Below the pieces are notes generated by a model, which saw only the letters and a program-made list of their open reading frames with translations, made no database searches and had not been told where the DNA came from. The translations under genes were made by a program, and so were the position numbers. From Adineta vaga (taxonomy: Eukaryota; Animalia; Rotifera), in the NCBI GenBank assembly GCA_021613535.1, contig CP075495.1, positions 11,718,001 to 11,782,000 on the forward strand: 64,000 nt of DNA, in the 5' to 3' direction. Below, one piece after another: positions 1 through 14,017 of this stretch (positions are counted from its first letter, which is position 1; the number at the start of each line of letters is the position of its first letter).

Positions 1-3000
1 AAAATTTTACTTGTCCTTGTATAGCAAAATCAATAGCTTGATCAAACCGATGTTCATGCAATGCAATTTCACTCAAAAGAATGAAAGAACGTTTCTCACA
101 AACTTGATCATCATAAATCTAAATTAATAAGAAAGAAAAACAGACTTTTACTCAAAAGAATAAAAATCATTGATCTACTTTTGCTTGATTGAGAATTTCT
201 TGTAACATTTCTTTTGCTTCTTGAATAAAATTTAACTCAAATAATAAATTAGCAGTTTGTAACCAAATATTTCTTGCTATCAATTTATTTAATATTTGAC
301 GATCACCCGGTAAATCAGCGACTAAAGATTTCGCATCACTCGCCTATTTAAATTTAATTAAAACAAAATTGATTTTACAAATGAATTATCATACTTTATA
401 TCGCGATACAGACGATGAATATGCTGATGTTCCAAACGATCGTGTTTCACTTTTAAATCCAGCACTACCTAACGCTGATTTTAATAGTGCTTCGTCTTCA
501 CGTTGTTGAACAAGTAAATTTGTATAAATAATCATTTCAGTTCGAGATCTATTACAAATATTTATTTAATGAAAGCAATCATGAAAATATCTTACATAGA
601 TAGATCATCATCTCGAATCGTAAATGGACGTGCTAATTGACATACAGTTTGCATAGGTTCAAGAAGATTAAGTTCTTGACAAACTTGTTGAATTCTAAAT
701 AGAAAATATAAGAGTTTTCACACTAAAAACTGATTGTAGATATGAATGGATTGTTTACCGTAGTAGAACATAAGTGCGCATGGATGAATTTGGTAAAATA
801 ACTTGACTGATCAATCGCATAAAGCTAAGTACAGGTAAACTTAAATGATTGTAACCATATTCACGCAGAAGACGAACCAATATATCCAAATAATAAAAAG
901 ATAAAAGCTAAAATAGAACAAAAAATTTGTAAATATTTCATTTCATTTCGAAATGAGAATAGTTACTTACCGGTTTAGAAATTGTAGTTTTATTAAAACC
1001 TCGTTGATTTGATTGTGGTAATGTATATGTATGTAAAACTTCGTCAGATGGTACAAAAAGTGCCCATTCAGATGAACTTCGAGTTGTAGGTATATCGGGC
1101 AGAGTAGTCTTGGTATTCTTTAAATATGAACAGAAAAGATTCATTAGTTTTACCGTTTGGTAATTACATATAACTACTCACTGTCGGTGGTTTATCCACA
1201 CTTTTTCCAGTTGGTAACGGTGGTTGTTTCTTTTTCACTTCTGAAGCCGGTGGTGCTCCTTTTTGCTGTTGTTTTTTTCCTGCATCATCTGCAGTTGCCA
1301 AGGCTTCAGCAGCGGCTGCTTCTGCTTCTACATCTTTTGTAATATTATTACTATCTGATAAACCACACTAGAAATACAATCTATTTCTGCAACAAAATCT
1401 TTTGCTTTCTATTTTCACATTTTACCTGCCATAATCGAGTAAGAAGCCAATAAGCTTGTTGTAATAATGTTTGATATTCTGGTTGATTTCTACGAGTCAT
1501 ATAAGCAAGCAATATATGACAACGACAGAGATATTCAAGACGACGAATTTGAACGATATCACCAATAGATAAATCAGGTTGGATACGATCAGGAGCTAGA
1601 AAAAAAAGAGAACATCGTTTTCGCTTCGTTCAAATCATTCAAATTTGTCTTACGCGCAGGTTTTATTGATCCTGAATGAGGTTGATCAAACTCATCATCG
1701 TCATCTCTCTTTTGTGTTGTTCCATCTGAAGAATTAACTTGACCTAAATGTATAATTAATATAAATCTGTCGATCGATGGAATCAAATATTCACGTACTA
1801 TCAGTATCTTGTCCACTATTTGAAGTTTTATCGTCTTGTTTATATGCTTCTGGTGAAGTTAATAATAGATCAATTGTCCAATTAATTAAATCAATGACAT
1901 TATCAATAAAATATTCATTACTATATAACCAACTTGCAAATTCTAATATATAATCAATCTTTGTCCAATAATTATCTAAGCTCTATAAAAATCAAGAAGT
2001 TATTGGACTTTTATAAATATACAACGTATTTTTTACCTGTAATGTCGAAATAGCTTGTTGATAAGCATTTATAACATGATCTCTTTTTCTTGCCATAATT
2101 GCAACTTGTCTCCACATTTTAGCTAATGCTAATTCACCTTGTTCACGGAATTTAATCATATCTGTGCCTATTGATAAACCTAATTTTGATTTAATTAATA
2201 CACGATATTTATATAAAAGTAAACGATGTTGTGTTCGTGGTAAGACTTGTAGAGCACTATCAATAGCATCTAATGCTGAATGCCATGCATGTCGATCCAT
2301 ATAAATTTGAACAACAATACCATAGAGTGCTGAACGAATCTGAGCTTCTTCTTGTGGAACAAGAGAAGCATTTTGTAATGATGAATCATCGAGTGCATTG
2401 TTCTTTTTATTTCGTTGTGATAAGGGCTGTTTTTTTGGACGAAATCGATGTGCTGGATTGGTAAATTCTTCTTTCTAAATAGTTGAAAAATAAAGCAAAA
2501 GTGACGCGTTTAAAAATGAATTCTTTCAGTCCATTTATACCGTTTCACGATTATTTTGCATGGATACAATCGATTTAGGTGCTACTGTATTGATATGATG
2601 AATAAGTTCATTGATAGGATCTAATAAAAGTGATCGTTCTAGTTTTCGTTTAATGGACATTCGACAATTATTCCAGAAATGACGTGCCAAATGCATTGTT
2701 AAATCGTATAAATCAGCCTTTGATGAATAACTAAATGACACAAATTTCAATTTAATTAAACGTCAACAGGATATCGAAGAAGATCATTTGTTTTACCTTG
2801 CTGCTTCGACAAAAATTGCAAGTACTTCTTTTCGTTCTTGTTTTTGTCCAGTTTGTTGTTTAACTAAACATTCAGCATAAGCACCACATGCTCGACTAAC
2901 GTATTCATTAGCTAACGATAATTGAAATCTTTGGAAAAGAAAAGAAAATCAGATCATAGGGAAAAAATAGTGTTTTTCAAAAAGATATTACTTTTCCACT

Positions 3001-6000
3001 TTTCGTGTTTGAAATTCTGTTATTATTTCTAGAGTTTTATCTCGACAAAAAAGAGCTGTTTCGGTATCATTGGCTCGATTAGCAACTATAGCAAGACGAC
3101 ACCATAATTGCAATTCAATCAATGGATCACTCCATCCGCATTGATCAACAAATGTCACAGTCTAAATAAAGACATCATGTATCATCTTGTTCATAATGCA
3201 TTCTGCGATATTCTTTTAGAGATGTGCGCATTTTTATCAGCATCATTCGAATATAGTTTATATTCAAGTCATCTGATAAATTTGTTATATAGAATTACTA
3301 TTAATCTACAACTTGACGCGTACGTCTCTATGTCCAATCTTTATATGCATCTTATCATTACCAATAATGATTTGAAAATGCATAGCTTATCTTTGATTAT
3401 TTGAATTTGAAATATTTTGAAAGAAAGAAAAAACAATGCATTTTACCTGTTTTAAATTCATTCCTTCACTTGTACTGTTATAGCCACTTTCCAAACGTGA
3501 CAGCAAATCAACAGCCAATACAGCACGTGATAATGTATTCAAACTAGATGTACTCTCCTTAAAATAGAAAATTCAATTGTTATTTGTCATTCTTGTTTTC
3601 ATTTGGACTTACATCTTCTTCGCCAAAAATTGTTGGTATAGCTAATCGAACTGATTGTTGAAGTAATTGCTTCACAGTTACCCAGAGTTGTAAAAGTGTT
3701 TGACGATCTCGAATTGAAATTGAAAGAGGTTTAGCTACTTCTTCATTCGTTTGATTGATAGCATATTCACATACCTTCAATGAACATCAAGCAATTTAGT
3801 TTCTCTTATTCTAATCTACGAACGAACTTACATCGAGAGCTGCTCTATAGTCATCATTTTTCACTACTGTTGGTGGTAAGGCAGCAGCGACACTCATCGA
3901 TGTCGATAACTGTTTATCTCCTTTGCCTAGTTTTTTTGTTCCTGGTAAAGTTGGTTGAGGAATAGTCGTAGCGTCTGCATTCGGTGACGAACGTGTATCT
4001 TGAGTTGGTGATGATAACGGAGTAATATATGCATTAGCAAGTGATACACATAAATTGACTAGAAGAAGAATTTCACTATAATAACAATCAGATATGTAAT
4101 TGTTTAGAATAGAAGAATAAATTCAAGTAGAACGAACCGTTCAAAGCCAACTTTTCTTAGTCCATTGACAATTGTCGTTAATGGTTCAAGAACAAAACGT
4201 AATCGATTACTATAGAATAAGTGTCGTGTATAATTCCATAAATATTCGCCAGCACGACAAATAAGCCATGATTCATCAAGTAATTGACCGAGACTAGCAC
4301 CTGCTGCAAAATGAGTACAGGCACGAATAGATAGATGTTGAAGCCAAAGACTAAAATTAATGATAGCAATCAATCACAACGTACTGATGATGAACTTTCA
4401 AAAAATATTATCTATATTCCGATATCTAACCGTATTGACAATATACATTTCGAAATATTGTTCATTAGCTTCTGTTTTTATGATTACTATTATGAAAATT
4501 ACCAATAGTGTTTCCAATCATTATCTGATTCTTGCTGTGCTTGAACTCGTTGGGCTACTGGTACTGTTGGCATTGGTGGTCGTACAGGTGTATCAAATAA
4601 TTCAATACGACGTTCTCGTATAAATTCAATTTCAGCCTATCACAATTTCAAGACATTTAAAGAAAAGTTCATATCTCAAACATGTTTACCTCTCCAGCAA
4701 TAAAATGGATTTCTGCCAATAGACGAACAAGATCACGATGAAAAACGTTTGGTTCAGTCGAATTTTCCGGTACATTCAATAATGATCGACGTTGTTCAGT
4801 ATCATATAATAAACAAAAACGTGCTGCTACTCGACATACATCCCAGATTTCTTGTCTACGAGCCATCATTGTTAAATCAGCCCATAATTTTAATCTTAAT
4901 AATAAAAAAAGTCTCATAAACTATCAAATATAATAACCATATACTTTGATATTTTTACCTTTTATCTTGATTAGTTTCACCCATAGTACGTTCATAATGA
5001 GTAATATTCTGAATACATTTTTCATAATGATCAGCAAAACCTTTCAATTGTGCTGTTGGATTTGCACGCATTTTACCAATCGCTAAAATTCAAATTGATT
5101 GTTTATAATTAAATTCTTTTTTTTTCTCATAAGTTTTACCATTTGGATTTTCTGAATCAAGTACAACTTGAAATGCATCTTGTGCTAATAATAAACAAGC
5201 GTCAATTAATAGAGCACGTTGTTTATTTTTATTTCCACTCGCCGTTTTTCCCGCTTGCTCAATGATCATTCCAACACGATCATCAACATTTTCAGGAATT
5301 TTATATAATTCACCACGTAAATGAAGTCTTTCTAAGGCTAAATCAATACGATTAGAATACACTGCTGTATCATCCAATTGTTTAGCCTATTGAAAAGAAT
5401 TTTCGTAATATTTCAATAATAAAACATCATAGAAATATTTACTTTAAGTAAATTCGTTCTTGCTGAATCGAGTTGTTCAATATCTTCTTCGATTTTGGCT
5501 AATTCAAAATGAGCTTGACTTCGCAGTAACCAATTCAAACTATATACATATGCATTAATTCCTTAAGAGAATAACATCGAAATGAAATGACAAACCTTTG
5601 TATACGTTCAAGTGTATTCACAAGTGTTGTTAATGGTCTTCGAATTTTTCCACGAAGATTATTTTGCAATAGTGGTAAACATAGATTCCAAAGAATAATA
5701 CAACCTGTTTGAATTAAATCAAATTGTCCAGTTCGTACCAAAGATTCAACAGTTTCTTCTGTTAAGTCAATTGCTCGAATACGTATCTAAGATGTCATAT
5801 ACAACCGAATTTGGTTTGTAGAATGAACAAATAGAAAGATTTCTTACATCAACTAAACTTTTACTATATAATTCTTCATTTTCTCCTAAACTTTTCACCA
5901 TGTATTCTGCTTGTAATAATCGTACTTCGAGAAGATATTCTGGTTCCTTGAAATAGAAAGGAATATGAAATTTATGGTTTTTTTCTATTCGATCATCAAT

Positions 6001-7507
6001 CATTTACTTTTAAACGAATATTAGCAAGTTCATCAAGAATAACTTTAGTTAAATCAGTATAATGAAGTAATAGCGACAAACGACCCGCTTCAACTAATAA
6101 ACGATGTCTAGAAAAGAAAAAAACTAATCAAATCTCTATGTCTTTTCTTAACGATTTCATTACTTTTCATAGGATGTTAATGATTTGCCTAATTGAGTAA
6201 TATCATGATCACGTGGAGTTGCATTCTTCGTTGTTTTACCGATAGCTCGTAATTGTGATGCAAGAATTTGATTATAAATTTTTCTTAAATTTTCATTTGT
6301 TTCATTTTTTATATTATTTTGCACAATCTCTCTAAGAAAATAAAGATATTTTCAAATAAATTCCAGACAAAAAGAAACATTTATTAACCTATGAATTGTT
6401 GCTAATTCAATAAGTAATCGTTTGAATAAAGATGATGGATCAGTATTTGATGCATAGGATAAAAGATCATCTTTTTCTAGAACATCGTGTACAGTCTGAA
6501 AAGGATAAAGAAATCAAATCATAGTTCTATTTTCCATTCAAATCTTACGAGAAATTGTAGAACATTCGGAAGAAGTGCAAGCTGATGTTTGCGACATAAT
6601 TGTAATAATTCATTACTAACATCTCGAGCATTTTCCATATTATTTGCATCCATATAACATCGAACAAGTTCACTTTAATTATATATATATATTTATATAT
6701 GATGAAAAGAATATTCAAAGGACATACAAAAGAAGTTGTGCTTGCCATGAAAAATCTTGTTCATCTTCGAGGTTTTTTAATGCATCAATTACTTGTTGAA
6801 AACTTTCGCAGAGATATTTCCGAAACCCATCACGAAAGAATGGTCGAATATAATTCAAATATATAACAGATGCATTGTAAACTAAGAATTGATATCTTAA
6901 AAAGAAGGAAAAGAAATATTTATTCTCTCGATCAAAAATCTAAAATATTGACATACCTTGGAGATGCTGAAGCAAAAGTAAGACATTTTTGTAAGAATGG
7001 TATCGCATTATTTAAAGAAGTCTAACAATTAAAATGAAGAAGATTTTCTATCAATGATTTATTTAGTTCAAAATAATTTACAAAATCAAGAGCAGTTTTT
7101 GGCATATATAATCGAAATTGACATAGATATGCTCGGCCAACAAATTGACTTTTAACTGGACTTGAGGAAAAAAACATTTGAAGACATTCATCAGCTATCG
7201 AATTAGCATTTAACTATAAAGAATTATGGGTTATTGTTCATTTTTTGTTACATTAGATGAAAAAGTTTAGATCTTACATCAAGTGCACTTTCGGCTAATA
7301 AAACATAAATATCTTGTCCAATTGTATCTTTACCTTGAGCGAGATTAATTTGAAAATTTTGTTTTAATTTATGAAATGCATCCGTTAAAAGTTTAATGTC
7401 TATAAAGTTCAAATAAATGAATGAAAGATCAAATAAGAAACAAAATATTCAAACAGACCACTTTGTTCAGTACCAGATACAACCAGCCGACGAATTTGGG
7501 CATCCAT
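1..7507 (-). CDS. CFAP46: Cilia- and flagella-associated protein 46 (TTC40), multi-exon; 3' part continues beyond the window start
   Basis: Spliced minus-strand exons from ATG at 7507 (MDAQIRRLVV...) give DIYVLLAESAL, ADECLQMFF..QFVGRAYLCQ, LVYNASVIY..IRPF, WNLCLPLLQNNLRGKIRRPL, RALLIDACLLLAQDAFQVVLDSEN and LWADLTMMARRQEIWDVCRVAARFCLLYD, collinear with CFAP46 as recalled; many ~55-nt GT-AG introns. Confidence 0.9.
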
Positions 7508-8663
7508 GGATTAATTAATTGTTTTAGGAAATGGATTATTGTTTTATTTCTTTGAAATTAAATTTCGATGGACAATAATCAATTGGTTCTAACAATCGAC
7601 ATTTAAAAAAAAGTTACTCCGGAGAATCCTCTCAGTAATAATGCATTCATTAACGACATCTTTCGCATAACTTCTCTGTACTTTATTTACTAGCACTATT
7701 CTTGATTTATCAATCTCAAGATGAAGAAATCAAGAAATATACCTAGCAAACATGTGTATTATATATCATTAAAATTTATTATACTTTGATGATCAGCTAG
7801 TACAATGAGATTGTTGTACATAAGAAGTGTTTTATAACTGATGTATGATACGAACTTATAACATAACTTTGTTAAGTAACAATACAATTGAATATTGTAT
7901 TGTATTTCTTTCTTTTTCACGACACCACATTTATAGATACTTCACATTTATCATCGATATTCTTCAAATATGCATATTTTGTCCAGATTTCTAGTACATT
8001 ATTTGCTCTTTCTCTACCTAGAACTGATAATTTCAAAACAATTCCGTATCATATAAAGGATTGAATCGTAATGTATGAGTAATACGTTCGATATTTACAA
8101 CATATGCGACCATTTTATACACTTATCAGTTAGTTTAAAATCTTTGCAGAATCATTCAGAAAATAAATGAATAATCTGAATTGGTTTCTGTTAAATACAT
8201 TATGTATATATTTATATATGACATAAGATTGAACGGTATCACTCAGTAAACTCTAATCGATAAGAGACCGATGTATTTATATTGAAAATATAAAATGTCA
8301 CACATATGACATCAGCATTCCACTCTTTCGCATAGCATCATCGATCAATTAACAGTTATAAAACAATAAAAAAAAGTTATACAATATCATCTTATGATAT
8401 ATACTTATCAGTATTTTAGGCATAAAATACAAAAAATAGTCTTTTTGGATGAATAATAATAACGGTACAAATAGTCACAATGTCGATCATTACAATATTT
8501 TTCATAAAGTATCGAAAAAAAAACATTCTTGAATATTGAAGATTGTTTTTCATAAATGTACAAAGACTTTTTTTAATCAACTTATCCTCTGTACTATTCT
8601 AATTATTTGTAGACGACATAATTCTTTACTTTGTTAGATTATCCGTTTGAAAAACGTAGATAA

Positions 8664-10520
8664 ATGGTTGTACTTTTTGAAAATCCACGTGCTCTTCCTG
8701 TAGCCACATTTCTTATGCAAGTGTTCATTACCTTGGTCGTCTGTAAAATTCTTGCTAAACTACTTTCCTATATTCGACAACCACAAGTTATTGGACAGAT
8801 CATTGCCGGCATCATCTTTGGTCCATCTGTTCTTGGTAATTAAATAGACTTATACTATTTAAGCTTTTTTGATTGTTGAATAGGTAATATTCCTGCATGG
8901 ACTAATGCCATATGGCCAGAAGAAAGCCTTGACGCATTCAAACTAATTGCTAATTTGGGCTTGATCTTCTTTATGTTTTTTCTTGGAATTGAACTTGATC
9001 TTGATCAGATTAAACGAAGTTGGAAAGTAACAATACCTATTGCTGTTGTCAGTATAGTTATTCCTGGTAAGTTCATATTACAGATTTAACGGAAAGATAG
9101 GACTAACGACTTCTTATCCCTATATTTAGTGGGTATTGGTTGTGCAGTATCTATATGGTTGTATGAATTTAATGAGAATTTACATAAAAGTGAAATTGCA
9201 TTTATTCTTTTCATTGGTAATGACATATACTGTTTTCATTGCTGTTGATATACATTCTCTTCTTCATTAGGTTCTGGCTTCGGTTTTTCTGCTTTTCCTG
9301 TTCTCGCAACACTACTCAATGCTATGGATCTATTGAATAAACCGATTGGTATTCAAACTATTTCGTTAGCAGCAGTTGAAGATATAGTTGTGTGGGTCAT
9401 ACTAGCTGTTGCTAGTGCTTTCTCATCGGGTGGTTCAGCATTACAAGGTCTTTATACATTATTATTGACATTAGCTTTCATAGGAATAATGATATTTATC
9501 ATTCGACCAATACTAAAATGGATTCATGGATGTTATCTTCGACGAGAAGACGATACTAATGTCTATTTAGTTGTTGGTTGTTTTCTCTTACTTCTTATTG
9601 CATCATTCACGACAGAAGTGATGGGTGAGTCAAAGAACCTATTTTATCTATATCGACACGTTGATTTATCTAGGTATTCATGCTTTTTTTGGTGCATTCA
9701 TCAGTGGATTGTGTATACCTCGTAGAGGTGAACTATCTGACTTTTTAGCTATTCGTATAGAACTGATCATTGTCGAATTTTTTTTACCGTAAGTGTTCAA
9801 TTGGTATCAAACTATTTACGTGTGGTGTAATATCTGTTATTTAGTCTTTACTTTGCCAACAGTGGACTACATACACAATTAAATTTATTAAATACAGGTA
9901 ATGTATGGTGGATTCTTGTTGTTCTTATTCTTATGGCTTCAACAGCAAAAATTGTTCCTGTCACACTTGTCTCAAAACTTTGTTCAAAAAAGCCATGGTT
10001 TTATTGTTTATCGATTGGAGTGTTGATGAATACTCGTGGTATTGTTCAACTAGTTGTATTAAATATTGGTGTTGAACTTGGTGTAATTTCTCCAAAGATC
10101 TTTGCTATCTTTGTTCTAATGGCAACTATATTAACACTTTTTACATCACCGATATTATCTGTATTGTATCGTAAAAACTATGATATACGAAAATTATCTG
10201 TTCCTAATATTGCCGGAGAACTACGACATGTTCGCGAAGAAGAAAGAGATGCAAGCGAATCGAACGATGATTTGAATCATATTGAAACAATTTCAGGTGG
10301 TGATGTCGGTTATAATCCAGCTAAACGTAGTTCGATTAAATCAAGACGAAAATCATCAACAATCCCGCCCACACATTCTGCAATGGTGACTTTCGATGAC
10401 CATGTTAACTACGCAGACATTGATATAGATGCCATTGAACGAGATTCCGTAGATGATTATAATATTGTAAGAATAGCAACAAGTAGTCCGCGTCGATCTA
10501 TATGTATGACACGATTCTAA
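8664..10520 (+). CDS. CPA2-family cation/H+ antiporter (CHX/KHA-like), copy 1, 6 exons
   Basis: MVVLFENP..RQPQVIGQIIAGIIFGPSVLG, GLIFFMFFLGIELD, SAFPVLA, AAVEDIVVW, GIHAFFGAFISG, LMNTRGIVQLVVLNIG; five GT-AG introns; frame intact by manual splicing; ends MTRF*. Confidence 0.9.
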
Positions 10521-11264
10521 TAAACATACTACTTGACGCTTCTATTTCGCCAATTATGTGAAAATATATATTCAAACACTAAATTTAAGGATCAAGTACC
10601 TCTTTGAATATTTTATCTGAGCGAATGCGTAAGTTGTTCGGTAGACATATTCTCAAAAGGTTTATTGAAAAACGTTTATCTTTGTCATGTAGTAATAAAA
10701 AATATAAAAAAATATTGCCTGAAAGTGTGATATTTGAAAACTTTTCGAAAGAAAACAATAAAATAAACATAACATTGATCGAATTCAATAAGCATTATAT
10801 CACTTCATACTGCGCAATTATTGTTTAATTAAATGTTTATAATAATTATTATTTTTATAGAGTTTTCGATAACATCAGTGACCTTTCTGTTTCTCTTTCC
10901 TTGCATTCTCTGCATACTGAACATTTCTCATTTGTAAATATGCAATATTCCAATATGAATAAAATTTCATGTTCTATAACATGTAGAGACAAATTGTTAA
11001 TTATTGAAACCATTTATATATAATTGTGCAAAATATCAGACGATATTTTTATCCAGGATTTCTCTACTAAAACATAGACTATAGCATTTTTCTACCCTAT
11101 ACTTTATAGTACATACAGGGTGAGGGTGTCATGCCAATTGCTTTTACATATCATCATCATTATTCATAGTTATTGATTTACGCTCGAAGGGAAAAAGTCA
11201 TTTCGATATAAAGAAGAAACTCCCATCTGCGCAATTTCATTACAGTTGTTGAATCGAATCCATT

Positions 11265-13151
11265 ATGGTTGTTTTATTTGAAGATCCTAGACATCTTCCG
11301 TTTGCAACATTTCTTATGCAAGTGTTCATTACCTTGGTCGTCTGTAAAATTCTTGCTAAACTACTTTCCTATATTCGACAACCACAAGTTATTGGACAGA
11401 TCATTGCCGGCATCATCTTTGGTCCATCTGTTCTTGGTAAATAAATAGACTAATACTATTTAAGCTTTTTTGATTGTTGAATAGGTAATATTCCTGCATG
11501 GACTAATGTCGTATGGCCTGAATCAAGTCTTAAAACATTTCAACTAATTGCTAATTTGGGTTTGATCTTCTTTATGTTTTTTCTTGGACTTGAACTTGAT
11601 CTTGATCAGATTAAACGAAGTTGGAAAATAACAATACCTGTAGCGATAGCAAGTGTAATTATTCCTGGTAAATGCTTAGATAGAATATCACCTGTTTTTT
11701 TTAAAATTAAACTAAAGAAACACACAAGGACGTGATTGTCACATGTCTATACGTATATCTTTAGTTGGACTTGGTTGTGCTGTATCCCTATGGCTTTATG
11801 AAGATAACGAAGGTTTACATACGAGTAAAATAGCTTTTATTCTTTTTATCGGTAATGACATATACTGTTTTCATTTCTATTGATATACATTCTCTTTTTC
11901 ATTAGGTTCTGGCTTCGGTTTTTCTGCTTTTCCTGTTCTTGCAACATACTCAATGCCATGAATCTATTGAATAAACCGATTGGTATTCAAACTATTTCGT
12001 TAGCAGCAGTTGAAGATATAGTTGTGTGGGTCATACTAGCTGTTGCTAGTGCTTTCTCATCGGGTGGTTCAGCATTACAAGGTCTTTATACATTATTATT
12101 GACATTAGCTTTCATAGGAATAATGATATTTATCATTCGACCAATACTAAAATGGATTCATGGATGTTATCTTCGACGAGAAGACGATACCAATGTCTAT
12201 TTAGTTGTTGGTTGTTTTCTCTTACTTCTTATTGCATCATTCACGACAGAAGTGATGGGTGAGTCAAAGAACCTATTTTATCTATATCGACACGTTGATT
12301 TATCTAGGTATTCATGCTTTTTTTGGTGCATTCATCAGTGGATTAGTGTATACCTCGTAGAGGTGAACTATCTGACTTTTTAGCTGTACGAATTCAACTG
12401 ATCATTGTCGAATTTTTTCTTCCGTATGTTATTGACTTGTACTCTAGCATCTATCTGTTGGAACTAATCTTTTTTTTGTAGCCTATACTTCGCCAACAGT
12501 GGACTACATACACACTTAAATTTATTAAATTCAGGTAAAGCGTGGTGGATGCTTGTTGTACTTATTCTTATGGCTTCAACAGCAAAAATTGTTCCTGTCA
12601 CACTTGTCTCAAAACTTTGTTCAAAAAAGCCATGGTTTTATTGTTTATCGATTGGAGTGTTGATGAATACTCGTGGTATTGTTCAACTAGTTGTATTAAA
12701 TATTGGTGTTGAACTTGGTGTAATTTCTCCAAAGATCTTTGCTATCTTTGTTCTAATGGCAACTATATTAACATTTTTAACATCACCGATATTATCTGTT
12801 CTTTATCAAAAGAGTTACGATGCAAAAAAATCATCAACACCCAATGTTCCAGAAGAGCTGCGGAATATTCCTACAATAGCAATACGCACACCAGCATCAA
12901 GTGAGAAAAATAGTTATGCTGAAACACTATCGAATGGTCGTGTGAATTCTGGATTACTGAAGCATAATACAATTGAATCAATGAAAAAGTTATCAGTTGA
13001 TCTGCTTCCACAGTCCTCATCGGTAGTATTTGATAATCGAATAAGTTATATTGAAATTAATCCACATCGAACTGATGAAAATTATTATGAAGATTCATCA
13101 GATGAAGTACAAGATACGATTAGTCGTTCCATGAATATGACAAGGTTCTAG
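11265..13151 (+). CDS. CPA2-family cation/H+ antiporter, copy 2 (tandem paralog); +1 frameshift at ~12345 as assembled
   Basis: Same exon structure and motifs as copy 1. GGATTAGTGTATACC versus GGATTGTGTATACC in copy 1 gives a premature TAG at 12358-12360. Confidence 0.8.
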
Positions 13152-13524
13152 ACTACAACTGAACTGATATTTTCATCATATGATACAAAGTTATTAAACC
13201 TATGCTGTTGTTCATTAGTTACTATGTTAGTATTCCATTTTATAAAACAAAAGTAATATGACGATCTATGTTTGTGAAAAAAAAAGATTATAAAAAATTA
13301 TATTTATGCACTAATATAATAAGAGATTATTTTAGAATTTATCCATCTGGAGACTACTATAAGATTAAGTTTGGCAGATAATTGAATCTAATGCTTTGAA
13401 TGAAGTTCTTTATTCCTGAATAGTATCGAATTTTTAAGAATAAAAAGTATTGTTCAATATTTATATTTGACTATCATGCATATAATAAATATTCAAAATT
13501 TTATTACAACTAATAGTAAATATA

Positions 13525-13737
13525 TCATAAAATTGTACAAGCACGAGATCTAACTATTGTTTCTTGTTGACCAAAAGGTATGTGTGTAAGAGAAATATCA
13601 ACTGTAGTGTCGTTCGATGATTTGATCATATCCATTCTTTGATATTTTAAAAAGATTGCTCGAGCTGCATCTTGGAATCGAAAATTGTCATAATTATCAT
13701 TATTTCGACTGTTCGTTTTATTGATTCCATCATTCAT
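13525..13737 (-). CDS. Putative 70-aa prenylated microprotein (C-terminal CaaX, CTIL)
   Basis: Intronless ATG-initiated ORF ending RSRACTIL*; minus-strand AATAAA ~20 nt after the stop; divergent from SAP18. Confidence 0.55.
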   Translation of the reverse strand: MNDGINKTNSRNNDNYDNFRFQDAARAIFLKYQRMDMIKSSNDTTVDISLTHIPFGQQETIVRSRACTIL

Positions 13738-14017
13738 TCATTCATTCTATTTGAAAATAATATATCTCTTCTCACAACACAAGTATTATATTCTACCATA
13801 ATGAATAAGATTACCATGGTTTTTTTTATATCAGTTATAATAAGCAAGCTATTTAAATAAATGGAAAAGCGCCATCTTTCGAAAAGTTGATATAGTTCAT
13901 TTTATTTAACCAATTAAATTTCTAGTATAGTCTTTGTATGTATGTGTCTATCGGTCAGTTATTTCATTTGATAGCAATCATTTTAATTATACTTCGATTG
14001 AAATATAAATAAAAATA

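Noticed and set aside
1157-4623. Plus-strand ORFs within CFAP46
   Set aside because: Antisense shadows of minus-strand exons.
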